Part shown: in pieces, positions 59,979 through 64,000 of the stretch
Numbering within the stretch: position 1 is the stretch's first letter
Layout: each line of letters starts with the position of its first letter
DNA from: Halarcobacter sp.
GTDB taxonomy: Bacteria > Campylobacterota > Campylobacteria > Campylobacterales > Arcobacteraceae
Assembly (NCBI GenBank): GCA_963676565.1
Contig: OY781089.1
Location: 288,001 to 352,000, forward strand
Direction of reading: 5' to 3'
DNA: 64,000 nt
The notes under the pieces: generated by a model
Database searches by the model: none
What the model was told of the DNA's origin: nothing
Seen by the model: the letters and a program-made list of their open reading frames with translations, nothing else
Program-made: the position numbers and the translations under genes

Positions 59979-61058
59979 TTATTCTAATATCTCTTTAATG
60001 ATATTTTTAATACTTATATCCATCTGATTTAAAATACTAACATTTATCTCTTGACCTATCAGTTCTTTTGACTTAGTAATTAATTCATCTTTATTTTTTA
60101 CCCATACCATCATATTATTATCAATTTGATATTTGTCATAGTGACAAATAAAACTTCTAGTTGAGATAGTTGGCGTACCTAAAAAACATGCTTCAGTATT
60201 AATTGTACCTCCACCACCTATAAATAAATCTGCAAATTTTAACAAGTGTTGTATTTTTACTTTTTCTTCAAGTACAATGGCAAAGGGGAATTCATCTTTT
60301 AAATAACTACTTTCATATCGTGGTATGATTATGATATTAACATTTAATTTTTGTTGTATTTGCTCTAGTGATTCATATAAAAAAGGATACTTTTTATTTA
60401 CATAGCTTGACTTATATTCTTCCTCTCTTATAACAATTGTTTTTTTTGAGTAATCCATAGGATAGTTTTTTAATAATCTATAAACATACTCTTTATCGTA
60501 GTTAAACTTTTTTAACCAAATAAGAGGGTCTATAAAATCGTATTGAAAAATCTGCTCATCATCAAGACCAAATCTTTTTATAACTTGATCTGGCACAACA
60601 AAAGGTTTAAACATTTTAGCAGCTAAAGGTATTGTAAGTCTAGCTTGAGGAAGAGCCTTTTTAAAATTTTCATTGAAATCGGATAAAGGTATATCATAAA
60701 AGTTATATATAGGTATTCCCAAACCAAAAGCTGCTCGGCAAGCATCTACGGAAGATAAACAAACCAATTTTTCAATATTATGATGTGCTAAATAATCAAT
60801 AATTTTGAACTGTCTATCAAGTGATGTTTTATACTTTGAGATAAGACAATTTCCACCAAAATTTCCAATATTTTCAAATTCTAGATTATAAAGTTTTAAT
60901 AACTCTACAGTCTCTTTGTATCCTTCACCACCTCTTGTGGTAATAAGTGTATTTTTATATTTTTGTATCTCTTTTATTATTGGCTCAAAAAAAAGCACAG
61001 ACTTTGGTGTGACGAGATCAAACCATATAATTCCTTCTGCCTTTTGTTTCGTTCTCAT
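59979..61058 (-). CDS. DUF354-like putative GT-B fold protein
   Basis: IWFDL..P....FF, ITTR, AAFGLGIP, ADLFIGGGGT...EA..LGTP.IS. Confidence 0.75.
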   Translation of the reverse strand: MRTKQKAEGIIWFDLVTPKSVLFFEPIIKEIQKYKNTLITTRGGEGYKETVELLKLYNLEFENIGNFGGNCLISKYKTSLDRQFKIIDYLAHHNIEKLVCLSSVDACRAAFGLGIPIYNFYDIPLSDFNENFKKALPQARLTIPLAAKMFKPFVVPDQVIKRFGLDDEQIFQYDFIDPLIWLKKFNYDKEYVYRLLKNYPMDYSKKTIVIREEEYKSSYVNKKYPFLYESLEQIQQKLNVNIIIIPRYESSYLKDEFPFAIVLEEKVKIQHLLKFADLFIGGGGTINTEACFLGTPTISTRSFICHYDKYQIDNNMMVWVKNKDELITKSKELIGQEINVSILNQMDISIKNIIKEILE

Positions 61059-62806
61059 TAATACACCTTTTTAAACCATTTAGCAAATATAAAAAGATTC
61101 CAAATATGCTGTTTAAATCTTTTTTCTTTGGATTCATTAAATAAAAATCTTATAAAATCTTCATTAAAAATATTTAATTTTTTATTTACTTCTAAAATAG
61201 TGCGAAGAATATCTTCTTTATATTCTTCATATAACCACTCAATAAAAGGAGAAGAAAAACCTTTTTTTCTTCTGTGTACTATTTCATTAGGTAAATATTT
61301 TAATGCTACTTGCTTTAAAAGATATTTATTTGTATTTCCTTTCTTTAAGTTTTCACCTACACTTAACATATACTCAACTAGGTGGTAATCTAAAAAAGGT
61401 GCTCTTAGTTCTAAAGAGTTTGCCATTGACATTCTATCTAATTTTGTCATTAATACTTCTGCAATCCATATCTTAAAATCTATATATGTAAGCCACTTAT
61501 ATGGAGGATAAGTACATTTGTAATTTTCTAAATGGTTTTTAATTCTATATTCTTTAAGAACTCTTTGTTTCTGATTTTCACTAAAGGTTTCTCCATAAGT
61601 TTGATAGATATGTTTTCTTTCAAAAGCTCTATTATTATATTCCCACTCTTTAGTAAAAGTAAAAGGCTCCTTTGAACCTTTACTTTGGTAATAGTTCAAC
61701 ATTGTAAAATAATTATCATATCCTAAAAAACTCTCATCACTTCCTTCTCCAGCAAGAGCAACCTTAATACCTTGGTTATGTATAAACTCACTTAAAAGAT
61801 ATGTTGGAATAGCTGCAGAATCAGCAAATGGTTCATCTGTATGTTCAATCATCTTATCAATTGTTTCAATAAAATCTTTTCTTGTAATAATAAGTTCATG
61901 ATGAGTAGAACCAATATGTTCTGCTACAATTTTTGCATAATTTAGTTCACTATAGTGTTTATGTTCATCATAACCTATACAAAAAGTATTTATCTTCTTT
62001 TTTGAAAATTTTGAATATAAAGCAGAAGTTAAAGATGAATCAATTCCACCTGAAAGTAATGTTGCAACTTCTACATCTGAAACTAGCCTTTGATTAATAC
62101 TATTTATTAAAATATCTTCTATATCATGTAAAACTGTCTCTTCATCTCTTTTAACATTTTTAATATTATCAATATCATAATATTTTTTAATTTTAAAGCT
62201 AGTTTCATCAAAAATTAAAAAATGCCCTGCTGGTAATTTTTTTATATCTTTATAAAAAGTATTATCTTCAATAGGTGTTAAAAATGATAGGTATTGAGAT
62301 AAAGCTTTTTGATTTAAATCTGGAGTTGTATCAAGTAATTTTAAAATAGACTTTATCTCACTTGAATAAATAAACTTATCATTTTTTAAATAATAATAAA
62401 AAGGTTTTTTCCCAAACCTATCTCTAGCACAAAAATATTTACCTTTTTTTATATCATAAATAGAAAAAGAGAACATTCCATTAATTTTATTTAAAAAACT
62501 TTCTCCATATTTTTGATAAAGTCTTATTAAAACTTCTGTATCACTTTTAGTTATACACAAAAGTTTTTCTTCTTTTATTAACTCTTTATAATTATAAATT
62601 TCTCCATTAAAAATGATAATAATATCATCAAAAACCATAGGTTGATTAGCTTCACTTTCTAAATCAATAATAGCTAATCTAGTATGTCCAAATTGACAAT
62701 TCTCATATTCATATAAACCTAAATTATCTGGGCCTCTATGATTTAAAAGTTTTAAAGAATCAAGAAAAAAAGATGATTTAAAATTTGTACCTAAGATACC
62801 ACACAT
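61058..62806 (-). CDS. asnB: AsnB-like glutamine amidotransferase (glycan amidation)
   Basis: N-terminal MCGI, HRGPD, FNGEIYN, LSGGIDSS, RAPFLD; TAATG coupling to upstream gene. Confidence 0.93.
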   Translation of the reverse strand: MCGILGTNFKSSFFLDSLKLLNHRGPDNLGLYEYENCQFGHTRLAIIDLESEANQPMVFDDIIIIFNGEIYNYKELIKEEKLLCITKSDTEVLIRLYQKYGESFLNKINGMFSFSIYDIKKGKYFCARDRFGKKPFYYYLKNDKFIYSSEIKSILKLLDTTPDLNQKALSQYLSFLTPIEDNTFYKDIKKLPAGHFLIFDETSFKIKKYYDIDNIKNVKRDEETVLHDIEDILINSINQRLVSDVEVATLLSGGIDSSLTSALYSKFSKKKINTFCIGYDEHKHYSELNYAKIVAEHIGSTHHELIITRKDFIETIDKMIEHTDEPFADSAAIPTYLLSEFIHNQGIKVALAGEGSDESFLGYDNYFTMLNYYQSKGSKEPFTFTKEWEYNNRAFERKHIYQTYGETFSENQKQRVLKEYRIKNHLENYKCTYPPYKWLTYIDFKIWIAEVLMTKLDRMSMANSLELRAPFLDYHLVEYMLSVGENLKKGNTNKYLLKQVALKYLPNEIVHRRKKGFSSPFIEWLYEEYKEDILRTILEVNKKLNIFNEDFIRFLFNESKEKRFKQHIWNLFIFAKWFKKVY

Positions 62807-63894
62807 TATACTTTCTCGCAAATATAATCTATTTCATCCTCAGTTAAATAAGGATTCATCGGTAAACTTATTATCTCTTTAGAAATTTTTTCACTAATTG
62901 GAAAATCTCCCTTTTTATAATTTAAAAAATTGAAACACACTTGTAAATGAAGTGGTATTGGATAATGAATAGATGTAGGAATTCCTACTTCTTTTAATCT
63001 TGCTTGTAAAATATCTCTATTTTCTGTTCTAATGGAAAATTGAGCCCATGTTGAAGTACAATTATGTTCAACAAAGGGAAGAATAATATTATCTTTAAAT
63101 GAAAGTTTTTTTAAGTATTTTTTAGCAACTTCTTCCCTGACTAATAGCTCATCATTAAAATATTTTAACTTAACATTTAAAATTGCAGCTTGTATAGTAT
63201 CTAATCTTCCACCCATACCAATATATTTATGATGATACCTTTTATTTTGTCCATGAACTCTCAGTTGCTTTAATTTTTGTGCTAATTCTTTATTGTTTGT
63301 AAAAAGTGCGCCCCCATCTCCATAGCAACCTAAGGGTTTAGCTGGAAAAAAAGATGTGATTGAAAGGTCTCCTAAACAACTGTCTTTTATTCCATTATGT
63401 GTGGCACCAAAACTTTGTGCTCCATCAATTACAACTTTTAGATTATATTTTTTTGCAATATTTACTATTTCATCAATTTTAGGTGGTTGTCCATATAAAG
63501 CTACAGGAATTATAGCTTTAGTTCTGTTAGTAATTTTTTCTTCTATTAAATTAGGGTCTATATTATAAGTTTTATCATCAATATCTACAAAAACTGGTTT
63601 AGCACCAATTAAAGCTATAGTTTCAGCAGTTGAAATAAAAGTAAAAGGTGTAGTTATAACTTCATCACCCTCTTTAATATTTAAAGCTAATAAAGCTAAA
63701 AGAAGAGCATCCGTTCCAGAAGAGCATGTTATTGCATATTTTGCATTAGTAAATTTTTCAAGATTTTCTTCTAAAATATTTATCTCTTCACCCATTATGT
63801 AATTAGATTTATCTAAAACATTTTGAATAGCTTTATCTATCTCTTTCTTATAAAGTTGATATTGATATTGTAGGTTAGCAAAATCTATTTTCAT
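62806..63894 (-). CDS. DegT/DnrJ/EryC1/StrS sugar aminotransferase (WbpE/WlbC-like)
   Basis: SGTDAL, DGAQSFGA, SFFPAKPLGCYGDGG, RLDTIQAA. Confidence 0.93.
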   Translation of the reverse strand: MKIDFANLQYQYQLYKKEIDKAIQNVLDKSNYIMGEEINILEENLEKFTNAKYAITCSSGTDALLLALLALNIKEGDEVITTPFTFISTAETIALIGAKPVFVDIDDKTYNIDPNLIEEKITNRTKAIIPVALYGQPPKIDEIVNIAKKYNLKVVIDGAQSFGATHNGIKDSCLGDLSITSFFPAKPLGCYGDGGALFTNNKELAQKLKQLRVHGQNKRYHHKYIGMGGRLDTIQAAILNVKLKYFNDELLVREEVAKKYLKKLSFKDNIILPFVEHNCTSTWAQFSIRTENRDILQARLKEVGIPTSIHYPIPLHLQVCFNFLNYKKGDFPISEKISKEIISLPMNPYLTEDEIDYICEKV

Positions 63895-64000
63895 GAACCT
63901 AACATTCCTACTTGTTTTCCCCAGGGAAACTCAATTTTGTGAGCACATAACATAGAACAAGGTTGGCACTCTTTTTTTTCTACTTTTTTCAAAACATCTA
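63891..64000 (-). CDS. C-terminal fragment of upstream gene, possibly radical SAM/SPASM
   Basis: Hand translation DVLKKVEKKECQPCSMLCAHKIEFPWGKQVGMLGS*; ATGA overlap with the DegT gene; CxxCxxxC. Confidence 0.55.
   Translation of the reverse strand, partial: DVLKKVEKKECQPCSMLCAHKIEFPWGKQVGMLGS

Noticed and set aside
56760..64000. Phase-variable poly-G/C tracts as in Campylobacter maf genes
   Set aside because: No long G or C runs seen; A/T runs are background for this composition
1..64000. CRISPR array, IS element, rRNA, frameshifted pseudogenes
   Set aside because: No regularly spaced repeats, transposase motifs, rRNA sequence or broken reading frames noticed

Overview
AT-rich chromosomal window that, from gene content and protein sequences, most likely comes from an Arcobacteraceae member (Campylobacterota); this is an inference. 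Left to right: (1) a minus-strand alpha-glucan/glycolysis operon, gap-pfkA-[nucleotidyltransferase/phosphohexomutase-like fusion]-GH57-galT-like-glgA-glgP, with glgP running off the left edge and missing from the ORF track; (2) a small accessory-looking patch (orphan Cache kinase, two lipoproteins, two tiny ORFs) next to cspA and a tRNA Leu-Ser-Cys operon; (3) ilvD, then htrA with an OmpR-type two-component pair; (4) housekeeping and hypothetical genes (dtd, marC, dsbD, psd, mltA); (5) hrcA-grpE-dnaK with two CIRCE boxes and a HAIR-like box; (6) a TAXI-TRAP transporter; (7) glmU-coaBC-uppS-prepilin peptidase-lptF-truA with a PAS kinase and regulator; (8) an ankyrin protein, a SUV3-like helicase and trmA; (9) two long tandem flagellins and part of a flagellin glycosylation locus (maf, pseI, DUF354-like, asnB, DegT-type). 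I saw no CRISPR array, transposase, integrase or rRNA. The best candidate for an undescribed system is the non-canonical glycogen operon: no glgC or glgB in view, a phosphorylase with Ser in place of the PLP lysine, a mutase domain lacking its catalytic motifs, and an ADP-glucose-phosphorylase-like GalT. Other leads are a probable AUA start codon, a minimal CCA/poly(A)-polymerase-like nucleotidyltransferase, a structured 103-nt grpE-dnaK element, a duplicated cspA terminator flanking a lipoprotein gene, and a PLP-fold pseudoenzyme. All calls come from reading motifs by eye; no database searches were run.
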